Source: Neoconidiobolus thromboides FSU 785
Taxonomy: Eukaryota; Fungi; Entomophthoromycota
Assembly: GCA_025603075.1 (NCBI GenBank)
Contig: MU626309.1
Coordinates: forward strand, 1 to 64,000
Length of the DNA stretch: 64,000 nucleotides
Direction: 5' to 3'
A program made the translations under genes and the position numbers. Under the pieces are notes generated by a model, which ran no database searches, was not told the origin of the DNA, and saw nothing but the letters and a program-made list of their open reading frames with translations. Shown piece after piece: positions 52,313 to 64,000 of the stretch. How positions within the stretch are numbered: position 1 is the stretch's first letter; every line of letters begins with the position of its first letter.

Positions 52313-53410
52313 ATGACTTCCAGTTTACAAACAAATTCATTATTAACACTGCCTGATGAATTGATTATAAAAATTTATTTGTATTCTAATAACAATAATT
52401 TATTATTAACAAACCATTATTTTTATAACTACTTTAAAGACGAAAGAGTAAGAGCATTACACTTAATTTCAATTTATGGGAAACAAATACTATTTTCAAG
52501 CAAAAATATCCATCATCCTTGGTTAAGGGATAGTGAAGAAATGTTATTAAAACTTATTAACTTGGACGTTTCTCTCGAAAATGAAGATTATTTTATAATC
52601 CAGTATTGCTGCAAAAAAGGTTATACAACTATCATCACTTATTTATTTTATCAAAACACTACTTACCCTAGCCTCAACATAAACTATAAAAATAGTTTAT
52701 TTTTCAAACTAGCAATTGAAAACAGTCAATTAGCCTTAGCCACTCTATTGATTGAATTAAATATCATCTATCTCCCATATATTAACACTTTATTTATTAA
52801 TGCTTCATCAAAACAGTTACTTTTATCAATGGATTATTTACTTTCTTTAGGCGCTGACATCAACCATGAAAATTCAAGAGCATTACGAGAAGCTTCTTAT
52901 TTCAACAATTTACCCAGTTTAGAATATTTATTAACTAAAGGCATCAATGTACACGCCTTTAACGAGTCCAGTCTACTCTCTGCATGTCATAAAGGGTATT
53001 ATAAAGTAGTTAAATTATTAATTCAATATGGCTCTGATATTAATTTTAACTATGGTTCTTCATTACGCTTTTCTGCTTCCAGCGGACATTTTAAAATTGT
53101 AGAATTGTTAATTAAAAACAATATTAATTTAAATTCTCAATATTGTGGTATTAAAGCGCTAAGAGATAGTGCTAAAAATGGTCATTTAAATATTGTTCGT
53201 TTACTGTTAGAGAATAAAGTGCCAATTAATGGTCTCAAAGATGCACCACTATTATGTGCTATTATTGCGGGACATTATGATGTGACGTTAACATTGTTAG
53301 AACATGGTGCAAATGTGAACTCGATTAATAGTAATTTGTTGACAGCGACATTTAGAAATCAAAGAAAAGATATTATGGGCTTATTGAAAAGGTTCGGATA
53401 TCAGTGTTGA
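52313..53410 (+). CDS. F-box-like + ankyrin-repeat protein, intronless
   Basis: N-terminal LLTLPDELIIKIYLY; about 7 ankyrin repeats (e.g. LLSACHKGYYKVVKLLIQYGSDIN, LRDSAKNGHLNIVRLLLE). Confidence 0.8.
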   Translation: MTSSLQTNSLLTLPDELIIKIYLYSNNNNLLLTNHYFYNYFKDERVRALHLISIYGKQILFSSKNIHHPWLRDSEEMLLKLINLDVSLENEDYFIIQYCCKKGYTTIITYLFYQNTTYPSLNINYKNSLFFKLAIENSQLALATLLIELNIIYLPYINTLFINASSKQLLLSMDYLLSLGADINHENSRALREASYFNNLPSLEYLLTKGINVHAFNESSLLSACHKGYYKVVKLLIQYGSDINFNYGSSLRFSASSGHFKIVELLIKNNINLNSQYCGIKALRDSAKNGHLNIVRLLLENKVPINGLKDAPLLCAIIAGHYDVTLTLLEHGANVNSINSNLLTATFRNQRKDIMGLLKRFGYQC

Positions 53411-53637
53411 GGTCTATTGTATCATGTGTATTATTTATTATAAAACTTATTTATTACTCTGCCTTGTAACTATTAACATTATTTTAAATAAAAAATCAAA
53501 ATTAAATAGTAATTTGATATAAATAATTACTTAGATTATAACCCTATTATTATCTTTTAATTTGAAACATTTAATTTTAACTACAAATCCCATCTCATTT
53601 AGTTGCATTGTTTGTTATAATAGATTTTACAATATCT

Positions 53638-53734
53638 GGGGATGTTTTTTTGACTTTATTATTTTTTCCATTTTCTAAGTACTATTTGAGTGGAAAGATT
53701 ATTGGTAAATTTTTAACAAAAAAAATATATCCCC
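53638..53734 (+). mobile_element. ~98-bp MITE, copy 8
   Basis: GGGGATGTTTTT...TATATCCCC; perfect 4-bp flanking duplication ATCT/ATCT. Confidence 0.88.
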
Positions 53735-53804
53735 ATCTGTTAAAGATTTTGAGGTAACTACGAATTATTTAATATTAAAATTAATATTTTATTAGTAAAA
53801 TTAG

Positions 53805-53896
53805 AAAGATGTTCTTTTTGTTTGAGAAATTTATTACCATTTTCCACTTAGTGCCAGTTAAAAATAGAAAGAGTAGTGAAATCAAAAAACACCTCC
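53805..53896 (-). mobile_element. MITE copy 9 (strongly degenerate)
   Basis: AAAGATGT..TTTGAGAAATTTATTACCATTTTCCACTT..AAAAATAGAAAGAGTAGTGAAATCAAAAAACACCTCC is colinear with the reverse-complement consensus. Confidence 0.65.
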
Positions 53897-53923
53897 TCCA
53901 TTTTGAAATTATAAAAACTAAAT

Positions 53924-54021
53924 TGAAACGTATTTTTTGTCTAAGGATTTTACTAACAACCTTTCCACTCAAATAGCGCTCAAAAATGGAGAAAGTAATA
54001 AAATCAAAAAAAAACAACCCC
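53924..54021 (-). mobile_element. ~98-bp MITE, copy 10
   Basis: ..GTATTTTTTGTCTAAGGATTTTACTAACAACCTTTCCACTCAAATAGCGCTC...AAAACAACCCC; flanks AAAT/AAAT. Confidence 0.85.
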
Positions 54022-54945
54022 AAATTTTATTTTAGGTTTCTTACCTCAGTAAAATTTCTATGCTATAGTATTCTATATAAACAGGCAATAAGTATTTATT
54101 GGAGCTGGATTTCAAGTTGTTTCAAAAAAAATTCTCTCACAGCCAATGATTAAGTCGAATTTAACCAATTAAAAATGAGATTTAAGCAAATTATGCAACT
54201 TCAAATATTATTTTAAAAAATATATATAAACCAAAAAGAATGCAAATTACATTTAAAGGTTATATCCAAGAAGCTTGTAAATTTGTTCTAAAGTTAAGTG
54301 ATTCATTTTAACGCTAATGCGCTATAAGGCTACTTACTAATCCTAATCCGATTGGTAGCGACTCAGATGTATTTATCAATTAGTGGAAAATAGGGACTAG
54401 TGGACATTTATTGTTTAAACAAATTAATAAAGCTCTAAAAAATAAAACTACATCTTTAAATAAAAACATTATTAGTCTTATAAAACTCTTATACTCGGCC
54501 TTTTGACAATCTATATAATAAATACAACTCCCTGCTCTTTCAAACAGTCCAAGGAAACTTGATTTCTATTGGGTATAGATGTAAGTCAATTCTATAGTTG
54601 CAAAATGTGCAAGGTGATCATATTCTGAGCTGACCTTAGTATTGACTTAGCTATTGACCTTCAGCTTTTTTAACCTCCTTATCACTCTGTCAACCAAGGA
54701 AAAATTAACGAGGACTTTTGTTGACACTGAATATAACTACTATATTCTTAAACTGATTTGATAAATGAAAGAGCTCAGGAAAGATCCAACATGTAATTTG
54801 GTATGGTCCCATTATTATAATATGAACCAGACTAACACTGTATCTAAATTTTCAATACTATGTACTTTATAATTTAATTTTTACAAAATATGCAGTTATA
54901 ATATAGTATTTGTATTATAATAAACTTTAGAATATAGAGAAACAT

Positions 54946-55041
54946 CCACATGTCTTTTTTAATTTCATTACTCTCCATTTTTCAAGTGTTATCCAACCAG
55001 GAAAACTGTTAGTAAAATTCTTAAACGAAAAATACATCACT
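54946..55041 (+). mobile_element. MITE copy 11 (degenerate)
   Basis: ATGTCTTTTTT..TTCATTAC..CCATTTTTCAAGTG..GGAAAACTGTTAGTAAAATTCTTAAACGAAAAATACATC. Confidence 0.75.
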
Positions 55042-55612
55042 GTACGGTGTTTTTAAATTATAAAATAGATTAATTCCACTCTATTTTTGCTGGTAGTAGA
55101 GGCTGTATTATTCAATATAAAGAAACTGTTATTTATAAGTTTATTTTTAAATCATGAAATATTATTCTATGATACTTTATATTTAATTATTAATATTTAA
55201 TTATCCAGTACTTGATTTTGTGTATAGTAACTTAAACTTTAATTGAAAAGCACAAGATTTAGGGTATAAAGTTCAACCGGAAATATAAATACTCAATACT
55301 GAAAAGCTATTACATTAAGATAAATATATATCCATGTGGTTAGAAATATACCCTATTTCATTTTATCCGTATCATTTATTTATGGCGATAACAAGATTTA
55401 AGCTTTTTATAGCATGAGGATTATTTCTACTCGTACTTTATATTCTTTCAAATAATTTTCATTTTTTATTAATAGAATTGAGGTACAAGTTTAATTATAA
55501 TATAAATACATTTAAGATACATTTAAACTAAAAGTTCATGCGATAAAAAATGAAAACTACCTATGAATTTATCTTTATTAAAATGTATTTTAAAAAATTA
55601 CAAACAACTTTA

Positions 55613-57288
55613 TCAATCCATAAACTTTGGTGCCTTTCTGGCTTTGGTTAAATCCTCCACAAGCTTACCTAAAGCTAAAAGAGCGACTTCATTTGCTGGT
55701 CTGGAAATAAATGCAACCCCAAAAGGCTCACCATCTGGATAAAAATCTAAAGGCATAGCTATAATTGGATAACCTGCAATAGCAGCACTGGTAAAAAACA
55801 TAGCATCTGGCTCAGCTGGTCCCATAAGTATATCACAATCACATTTTTCCATTAAAGCCTCAATTGCTTCAGTAGCTCCTAACTTATTCTCTTCATAACA
55901 TTTAATATATTCTTCACTCGTCATACCTTCTGTGTTATTTGAATTAATCAGATGTGATTGACCATATTCTGAAAGCTCCAACTCATGATGTTCTTCATTA
56001 AAGGATATAATTTTATCTAAAGAATCAATCTTTTCATCTTTTAGATAAGTTACCTCATTCTTTAAATACTGATTAAGATAATGTTTAAATTCATATTCAA
56101 ACACCTTATTTTCTAATAATTTTGAGCTGTTGTTTCTTGTATTAATAGAAATAACTCACGTTTATATAAACTAAAAAGATGAATATCCATCTCTGCATTT
56201 GGGATTAAAATAACATTACTCATTTGAGTTAACTTTTGGATTAAGTCATGGAACGAAGAAACACTATTTTTAACCTTGGCTTCAAGTTCAAAGTAAGGTT
56301 TTTGTACAAAAGCGATTTTAAATTGCTAGAAATAAGTAGCTGTTAAAATAAATTAGACTTAAACTTACGAATTGATTCTGGTTATATAAACTTAGGGAAA
56401 CTATTTCATTCGAGCATATACTGGTCTTTTCATCCTTTGGATCAGTTTGATTATAAAACACACTTAATACTCTGAAATTATCTTCCACATTCCTAGAAAT
56501 AACACCCACCTGATCATTAAATTTAGTTATTTCAAAACAAAACAACTTACTGAATCTTGGTTATGACTTAATGGTATAACCCCGGCTCTAGAGGTAAGGC
56601 CTACAGTAGGTTTTAACCCAACTAAAGAGCAAGTTGAAGAAGGAGCAGTAATCGACCCGTCAGTTTCTGTTCCTAAAGAAACTACAGCCAAGTTAGCGGC
56701 AACAGAGGCAGCGGATCCAGAACTTGACCCTGATGCATGTTTACTTAGAACATAAGGATTACATGTCTGCCCGCCCCTTGCACTCCAACCCAATGGATCG
56801 ATTTCGTCTCGAAAACTAGATATTAAAAAGAAAAAACTTATTTGATATTATTACCCTGCAAACTCAGTCATATTTACTTTGCCTAAAATGATAGCGTTTT
56901 CTGCTCTTATTAGCTTGATCACTGTTGCATCTTCCTTTGGTTTAACGTCATATAAAGCCATCGAGCCACAAGTTGTTTGCATAGTATCATAGGTAGCTAT
57001 GTTGTCTTTAGCTAAGATTGGAATCCCAAACAAACTCCCTACCAATCCTTTCTCATTGAACAATTGATCGAGCTCTTCAGCTTTTTTTATAGCTTCTTTA
57101 TTGACTTCAATCACAGTGTTAAGGTATGGATTTAGCTTTTCAATACGTTTTAGATAATATTCAACCAATTCTTTACAAGTAAACTTTTTAGCTTTATAAT
57201 ACCCATGAATATTCTCTATGCTCGTTTCACGTATATCTATTCCATTTAATTGGCTTAACTCTAAATCGATATCTGATATTGAATCCAT
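55613..57288 (-). CDS. Amidase-signature family hydrolase (multi-exon)
   Basis: GIPILAKDN, GKVNMTEF, GSSSGSAASVAAN, GTETDGSITAPSS, VGLKPTVG, AGYPII. Confidence 0.9.
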
Positions 57289-58111
57289 CTTTGACTTAAA
57301 AAATATATTTTAATCTTTAAAATTTTGCATAATTTATATTCTACGTCACTCCTAAAAATGACTTCATGAAGATCTAATGGTGTCAAATTAAAATCAAAAT
57401 ACTTTTAAGCTAACTCTTTAATTCGATATTATTTTATATTATACACTTAATAACGTAGGTAAAATAAGCGGAATCTAAAATTTTCAAAATAATATATTTT
57501 AAATATACAAAAATAATACAAATACAATTTAAGCAGCATGAAATAATAAACTCAAGCAACTATTTTAATTTTATGACAACTCTTAATTTTAATATATAAA
57601 CAAGTAATACTGAAACTAGCACTACAAGTTAATTAATGTAAAAAAAATCTTGATATGAATTTTGACACTCTAAAATACAAATGTATCATCATTTCAATAG
57701 ACAAAAGAATAGCTTATACCAAATACAAAATATAAAAAAGAAGTATTATCTAATTATTAGTAAATAAAAATATAGTAAAAACCAGGCTTTTGTTTAATAT
57801 TCAGCCAAAGAAAATTTATGACTTCATCCTTACTCTTTTTCTCACAGTCATTGTGTTCAATTTTTTTCCACAAATGGGATCGATCATTTGGAATTATGAA
57901 ACACTTGAACTATAGTTATTACGAAAACTGGAAGGCCAAACATTTTAAAATTAAATAGTGAAACTTTACTAAAATTGGACACATCTACTAACTTACCTTT
58001 ATTTACATCACAATTGGTCATTATCATTTGTATTCAAAACCAAGCAATGATTCATTATAAAAAGAGTTGAGAGTAGGTTTTTTTTATTACGTTTTTGCTT
58101 TCTACTTTATT

Positions 58112-58972
58112 ATGGCTAACTATAACTTAAATTATAACTCCCCAGGCTACAAATCTTTAAAAGGTTTCCTTATTGGTTTGAATATCCTATCTTCGGTAAA
58201 TTATTATTTAATTGATTTTGTTACATCGTATTAATATGAATAAAGCTCTGTGGCTTAGGCTTAATTGGACTCGGAGTCTATGGATTGATGGCAAAAGGTT
58301 TTTCTCACTATAGTATGGCAATCCCAGGGGGTACCTTAGGTGCAGGGATTGTTTTATTCTTTATCTCCTTTTTAGGTGCATTTGCAGCTTTTATGGAAAA
58401 CAAGAAACTTTTACATTCGGTAAGGATACTTATATTAGATTTTAAGTCATATTAACTTGTTTTAGTATTTTGCAGGTTTGCTTGCTTTGGTCCTTTTCCA
58501 AGCTGGTACTTTCCTATACACTTTCTTTACTGGTCTCTCAGCTAATGATATTCTTGAGGCTGCTTGGGATAAAGCTTATAAAGAGAGTCCAAGAATTCTC
58601 AAGGCTGTTGAACAAGAGGTAATTTATAACAAGCTCCTATTTAACGTAAATTAACAACTTTAGTTTGAATGCTGTGGTTTCAAGACCATTTTGGATCGTG
58701 CTGTTCCAAAGAGTAGCCCAGTTACTTGCTCCACTAGTCCATTATACGGATATAAAACCTCATGTTATGCAGTATTAATGGATAACTACAGAGAAGCTTC
58801 TGTTTTAATTACTACCATATCTGTTATCATAATTATCATACAAGCTACTACTTTAGCAGTTACTTGGATTATGGCAGAAAAAACCCCAACTGAAGCTGAA
58901 AGAAGAGTCGCTTTATTAGATGAGCATTCTCGTTTAGTAGCCGATGGTCAATCTCATGGTTATGGATCTTAA
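58112..58972 (+). CDS. Tetraspanin-like 4-TM protein (multi-exon)
   Basis: Four hydrophobic segments; large loop with FECCGF and two further Cys (VTC, TSCY). Confidence 0.8.
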
Positions 58973-59372
58973 ACTTATTTGTGAATTACTATTTCGATAC
59001 TCAATTAAATAAATTATTAAAATAGGCAATAGCTAATAGATGACTAAAGCTTTAGACATTTTGAAATGTTTTCTATTTAACTATAACAGGATAGCTTTTG
59101 ATTTTACACAGTAGTATCAATTTATAAGTTTTAAGTCATCACAAGTATTCATTAAACTTATAAAATAGTTATTAAGATAATTTACTAGATAGAAAATTAA
59201 CAAAACGGAAATTTATACAATTTGACTTATGTTGTAAACCAATACATGTATCTAAAATTAATCAAATCATACCTTGCATGGTGATAATTATAAAATTCAT
59301 AATTCTACAATTATCACTAATGACACCTAAACCTGAAATTATACATCTACTATAAGAAATAGTAATAGATTT

Positions 59373-59469
59373 GAGAGTGTCTTTTTTAACTTCTATTTTT
59401 TCCATTTTTTAAGTGCTATTTAAACGGAAAATTTGTTAGTAAAATTTTTAAATACAAAAATATATCCTC
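59373..59469 (+). mobile_element. ~98-bp MITE, copy 12
   Basis: GAGAGTGTCTTTTTT...AAAAATATATCCTC; flanks ATTT/ATTT. Confidence 0.85.
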
Positions 59470-60782
59470 ATTTATTTAACTAAATATGACTACAGAATAT
59501 TAAAAGAACTTGGTAGATAGAATTATAATTACTTTTGAACATCAAATATGTTTTATTTCTATAATTTTATGTCATTTTATAGATTATTTCAATGATAATA
59601 CAACTCGGAAATATAATCTAAATGTATTTAATATTGAAGCTTGTTTTTATTTTGTTTGACAGTTATAATTTCAAAACCTTGAAACTGGAATTTCCTAGAC
59701 AAAACAAACCATCACAAAAATTTAATAAGTTCAAAAATGGCTATAAAAAACTTCAGAGGCTTTCTAGCATCTCACACATCTCCCATCTATTCTTTATACT
59801 ATACTTGGCGTTATTATAAAACCGATATTCGCTTAATATACAGCATATTGTTTAAATAAAGGCAAGTAGTATAACGTATATTTAAACATAAATAAATAAA
59901 AATTTTCTAATCAATTCGAACAATAATTTGATAAAAAATGCCTACCTAGTTTTTCCGAGATATTTTTCCTAATCTGTCAGATCAGCCAACTTTGCTAAGC
60001 CTGTACTAATCGGATTAAAGCGCTTAGTAAAAGAACTTAATCTTAGCTAATAATTAAAGAATAATTTTTATTGTAATCAAATTTTCATATTACCATTAAA
60101 GAATTGTAATAAAGAAAACTAATTTCAAACAATATAGAAATGAGGTAAAGTGTAAGAAATATATATAATTACCCTCAAGCAGAAAATTCGATCGCTACTC
60201 ATGTTTAGAATATGCTTTAAAAAATCATATTACTCCAAGTGCCCACTCTAAATAAACTCCTCATTTTAAGCCAACATGAAATAATTACAGTATTTCACTA
60301 TTCTATTTCAATGCAACTTTGCGTTTAATTAAATAACCATATTCCTTATTTGCTTCATTAGTAAAGTAATACCAATAAGAGTTGCCCAATTTGAAATTTA
60401 AGCTATTTATTATGAGATTGGGCTTTAAAATTTAATAAACTAATCAAAAAAAAGAATTCTTCTCAATGATCACATTAACAGCCTTAAATTGAAAGGTTAC
60501 TAAATAAAATTCTGTTAAGAATTTTTTTGAAAGTTAAATTGCTTTCAACCCAAAAAAGAATTCTGATAGAACGTTAAATTTCTCATTTTTGAGCCATTTA
60601 TAAATATATTAGAAGTTTAATTGGCTGTTTACTAATCTCCATAAAATGTGGATTCGTTCAACATTCTTTAAAATCTAAATTAAAATTGACCCAAATTTGG
60701 TGAAAACCTAATTTATCATTAGTATAAAGATAAAGAGAAAGGATGTAATAACAAAATAAATATTGATTTTCTTTTGTACGAA

Positions 60783-61628
60783 ATGCCCAAAGCTACTTCA
60801 CAATCCAAAAGCTCACCTTCTGGCACTGATAAAAGGTTTACTCCTATGCTTAAAGACCCCAAACCAGCTGCTAAACCATTTATAAACTTTATCCAAAAAC
60901 TTTATAATATGGTGAATGATCCGGAGATATCTGCTATCTGCTGGAACGAGGATGGTACTGGTGTTAAAATATTAGATACATCCTACTTATGTTCTAATAT
61001 TTTTCCTATTTATTTTAAACATGATTGTTGGGCTAGTTTTACTAGACAGCTTAATTTATATGGTTTCGTTCGTTACAGCCATGGTACCCCTGGCGAACAA
61101 CATTTAATGTATAAACATTCAAATTTCCTAAGAGAGAGACCTGATAAGCTTAAATCTATTCAACGTCGTATTATTAATAGTAATAACATTCATGTTGAAA
61201 ATCCAATTAGAAGTAAGCCTGAATATGGGATTGATACGAATCAAATAGCATCTCTACAAAGCCATATCTCTGAGTTAGATAATAAATGTCGCCATCTTAA
61301 GACCGATATTGGCTATCTTCAAAATGATAACAGGAATTTAAACCAAATCATTGCACATAATCAAAGTACCTTAAGGTATGTAATGGACATTTTATCAAGG
61401 TCTGTTCAAACCACTAATAATCCAAATAATGAATTAAATGTTGCTTTACATGCCTTACAATCCACTTTTAAATACAACAACGGATTAAAAGACGGACAAG
61501 TATGTAATGGATCAAATTCACCGGATAATCTCAGTTCACCAGCAATTGAAACTTTAAATCCTATAGGATCTACTACATCTAAATCCACAAACACTGTTCA
61601 ACTTCCTTCCATTAAGTTTCTTTTGTAA
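60783..61628 (+). CDS. HSF-type DNA-binding-domain transcription factor with coiled coil, intronless
   Basis: FIQKLYNMVND..ICWNEDG..YFKHDCWASFTRQLNLYGF..YKHSNFLRERP..IQRR; heptad region follows; first ATG at 60783. Confidence 0.88.
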   Translation: MPKATSQSKSSPSGTDKRFTPMLKDPKPAAKPFINFIQKLYNMVNDPEISAICWNEDGTGVKILDTSYLCSNIFPIYFKHDCWASFTRQLNLYGFVRYSHGTPGEQHLMYKHSNFLRERPDKLKSIQRRIINSNNIHVENPIRSKPEYGIDTNQIASLQSHISELDNKCRHLKTDIGYLQNDNRNLNQIIAHNQSTLRYVMDILSRSVQTTNNPNNELNVALHALQSTFKYNNGLKDGQVCNGSNSPDNLSSPAIETLNPIGSTTSKSTNTVQLPSIKFLL

Positions 61629-62254
61629 ATTATTAATTTAAAATTTCATGTTAAATAAAATTCGTTTAATTAATATACTAGCTTTTCATTTAATTTGGTG
61701 TAAATTTAAATATTAAATACTATAAATAGTAAAAAATAATGACCTTTACAAAATAATCTTGTCTTATTGAATACAACATATATCAGATATTATAAGAAAT
61801 AAATGTTATACTATAGTATATTAACTTTGGTACTAATTAATATCCTATCAGAGTTTTGTAGAAATAAAAAAATCCTAGTATCTCAATATTAATCCCTTGT
61901 AACATTAAATATACTATCATTAGTTAGCTTCATTCTTTCATTTACACCTTAAATCCCAGATAAAAAGGCACAGCATGATCAAGCTTCAAACACACTATTA
62001 ATTTATATTTACAGTTAAATTAATATCCTACCAAATTTAGTAGATATATGGTTCTTTTAATAGAAGTTAGAATGTTTTTGAGAATCTTGGAGCAAAGGTA
62101 AGAAAGAATTGGAATCCTTTCATTCTTTTTTGGTTGGAATTAAAATTTAGAAAAAGTTAAAATAGTGACTTTGAGATGCTTTTTTGGGCTATTTATAATT
62201 GTTAATTCATAAGAAGTAAAAAATTAAATTATTCACTCCTATTCAAAATAACAT

Positions 62255-62354
62255 GGAGATGTTTTTTTTGGTTTCACTACTTTTTCCATTTTTTCAAGCT
62301 CTATTTGAGCGGAAAAATTGTTAGTAAAATTCTTAAATACAAAAATACATCGCC
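62255..62354 (+). mobile_element. ~98-bp MITE, copy 13 (14th copy counting 7a and 7b separately)
   Basis: GGAGATGTTTTTTTT...CTATTTGAGCGGAAAAATTGTTAGTAAAATTCTTAAATACAAAAATACATCGCC; flanks ACAT/ATAA. Confidence 0.88.
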
Positions 62355-62956
62355 ATAAAATAAAATAAAAAAATAAATACTTTTCAATTTTTAAGATTTA
62401 AGAATATCTTGATATCTTATAAACTATAACTTTAAGAATTTTTTTTAATAAATACAAACAGCATATTAGATTTACTTATAAACAGTATTTGAAAATCAAA
62501 AGCAACTTGAAATAATTTATATTATATGTATGCATAATTTTTTTCAAATTAAAAACAAAACGGGAAGGTCATTTTCTCACTATTTGTCCGTTTTTTATGG
62601 GATATAAAATTTAAGAAAAATATAATAGTTAAATGGTGAACAGAAAAACATTGCGCATAAAATAATATTATATTGTTATGTAATTTCAAAGTAACGTATA
62701 TTAAAAATCACAATTCCTTTTGATCATAATAATATATAGTTACTTCAATAAGCTTGATTATTTAAATATGTGATAAACTTAAACAATTGGAGTAACTAAT
62801 TTAAAGTGCTATTCAATGGATTAAATTTACTAAGAATGCTTGATGCTTTATAGCCCAATTAAATCATCAGAATGAAATGGATAAAATTGAAAGATTTAGT
62901 GTCATTTATATGAAAAATTTCAGTTTTTTTATTTGACTTCCTTTCTCTTTGCAAAT

Positions 62957-64000
62957 ATGAATGCACCTGATCGTTTCGAATCTTTTATTTTACCAGATGG
63001 TGCTAAAAAGTAATTGTTTTTTAAAATAATAAAAGACCAGATAAAACGATACATTCATAATTTCAAAGTCTTATTATATTTCTTTTTAAACTGATATCTA
63101 ATTTTTAGATTGGAGGCTGTAAAAACAATTTCCGGTGTTAAAAACAGCATGATTTTTCGCATAGAGAGGGAAGACCATACCCTTGGAAATATGATAAGGA
63201 CGTAAGTGAGATAAATAAAACCAAGCATATTCTGCTCTTAAATAGTTAAAGGATATTAACCATTGTTTAAAGTGAACTCCACAAAAATCCAAAAGTTATA
63301 TTTTCTGGTTACAAAATTCCTCATCCATTACAGCATCACCTAGAAATATATATCCAAACTCAAGATGGTTATAAACCAGCCACTGCACTAAATGAAGCAT
63401 TAAGCACTTTGATTTCTGATATAGCCAAAATGAGAAGTAATTTCGATGTAAGTTTTACTAACTTCACTAAAAAACATTTTTTTTAAAATTAATTCAAAGA
63501 TGGGATTGGCAGATGTGCGTAGAAGGAAGAGAGAATATAAAGACAAAGATGCTGAATTAGAATCAAAGATTGGAAAAGAAAAACAGGATCGAGCTATACA
63601 ACAAAGACAATTACTTCGTGAATCAAGGGGATTTAATATGAATCCTGACACTAATATTTTTGACGAAAAGTATAGCTTTTCAAATGGTAAGGATATCAGC
63701 CCAATAAGAGGCGAAGCTTCACATAACAATCGAACATCTGGACCCTTTGGTGGCGTAGGAGGTCAAAGTGACGGAATAGGAGGAAATTATCAAGTAGGCT
63801 TTAATGAAGGAAATGAGGGTAACGTTACTACAAGACAAGAACAGCCCTATGGTTCAAATTATGACGGTTTGACAGGTCATATACCACCACTTGGTGGAGC
63901 CTATAGTTCATCTGCAGGAATAGGCCAACATTATGGTGAAAATAATCCAGAAGATGAAGCAGCAACCGATGAAGAAGATTCTTATCCAACCGAAAGTTAT
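62957..64000 (+). CDS. RPB11: RNA polymerase II subunit RPB11 with long C-terminal extension (runs off window)
   Basis: MNAPDRFESF, EREDHTLGNMIR, YKIPHPL, IQTQDGYKP; exons 62957-63009, 63109-63201, 63273-63447 (107 codons), then exon from 63500 open for 167 codons. Confidence 0.85.

Noticed and set aside
63400-63729. 109-aa minus-strand ORF
   Set aside because: Antisense to RPB11 exons and spans an intron; no motifs

Overview
AT-rich, intron-rich eukaryotic DNA from a fungus (Zn2Cys6 factor; short 45-100 nt GT-AG introns). The gene set (TYSND1-like, RAD51C-like, HEI10, MO25) suggests an early-diverging lineage; an entomophthoralean such as Conidiobolus is my unverified guess. About 23 protein-coding genes can be assembled from exons: MPS1-like kinase, RAD51C-like, PEP4, Zn2Cys6 TF, an OB-fold/CCCH/methyltransferase-like protein, TYSND1-like protease, P4-ATPase, an orphan, GRC3/NOL9, COX23, a dysferlin-domain peroxin-like protein, HEI10, MO25, a GPI 8-Cys protein, malic enzyme, ERB1, an SDR, IRC6/AAGAB, an F-box-ankyrin protein, amidase, tetraspanin, an HSF-type TF, RPB11 and a Tc1/IS630-like ORF. 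The main features not shown by the ORF track are three. (1) A ~98-bp terminal-inverted-repeat element occurs in 14 intergenic copies with 4-bp A-N-N-T target duplications; it includes abutting doublets, a 34-bp-TIR chimaera and CpG-type decay. (2) A tandem series of three Tc1/IS630-like units shows a catalytic D-to-N change in both copies that span that site, and I found no TIRs. (3) RPB11 and RAD51C each have a phase-0 intron joining the conserved core to a long disordered tail exon. No tRNA, rRNA or CRISPR features are supported. Exon boundaries were read by eye and no database search was run.
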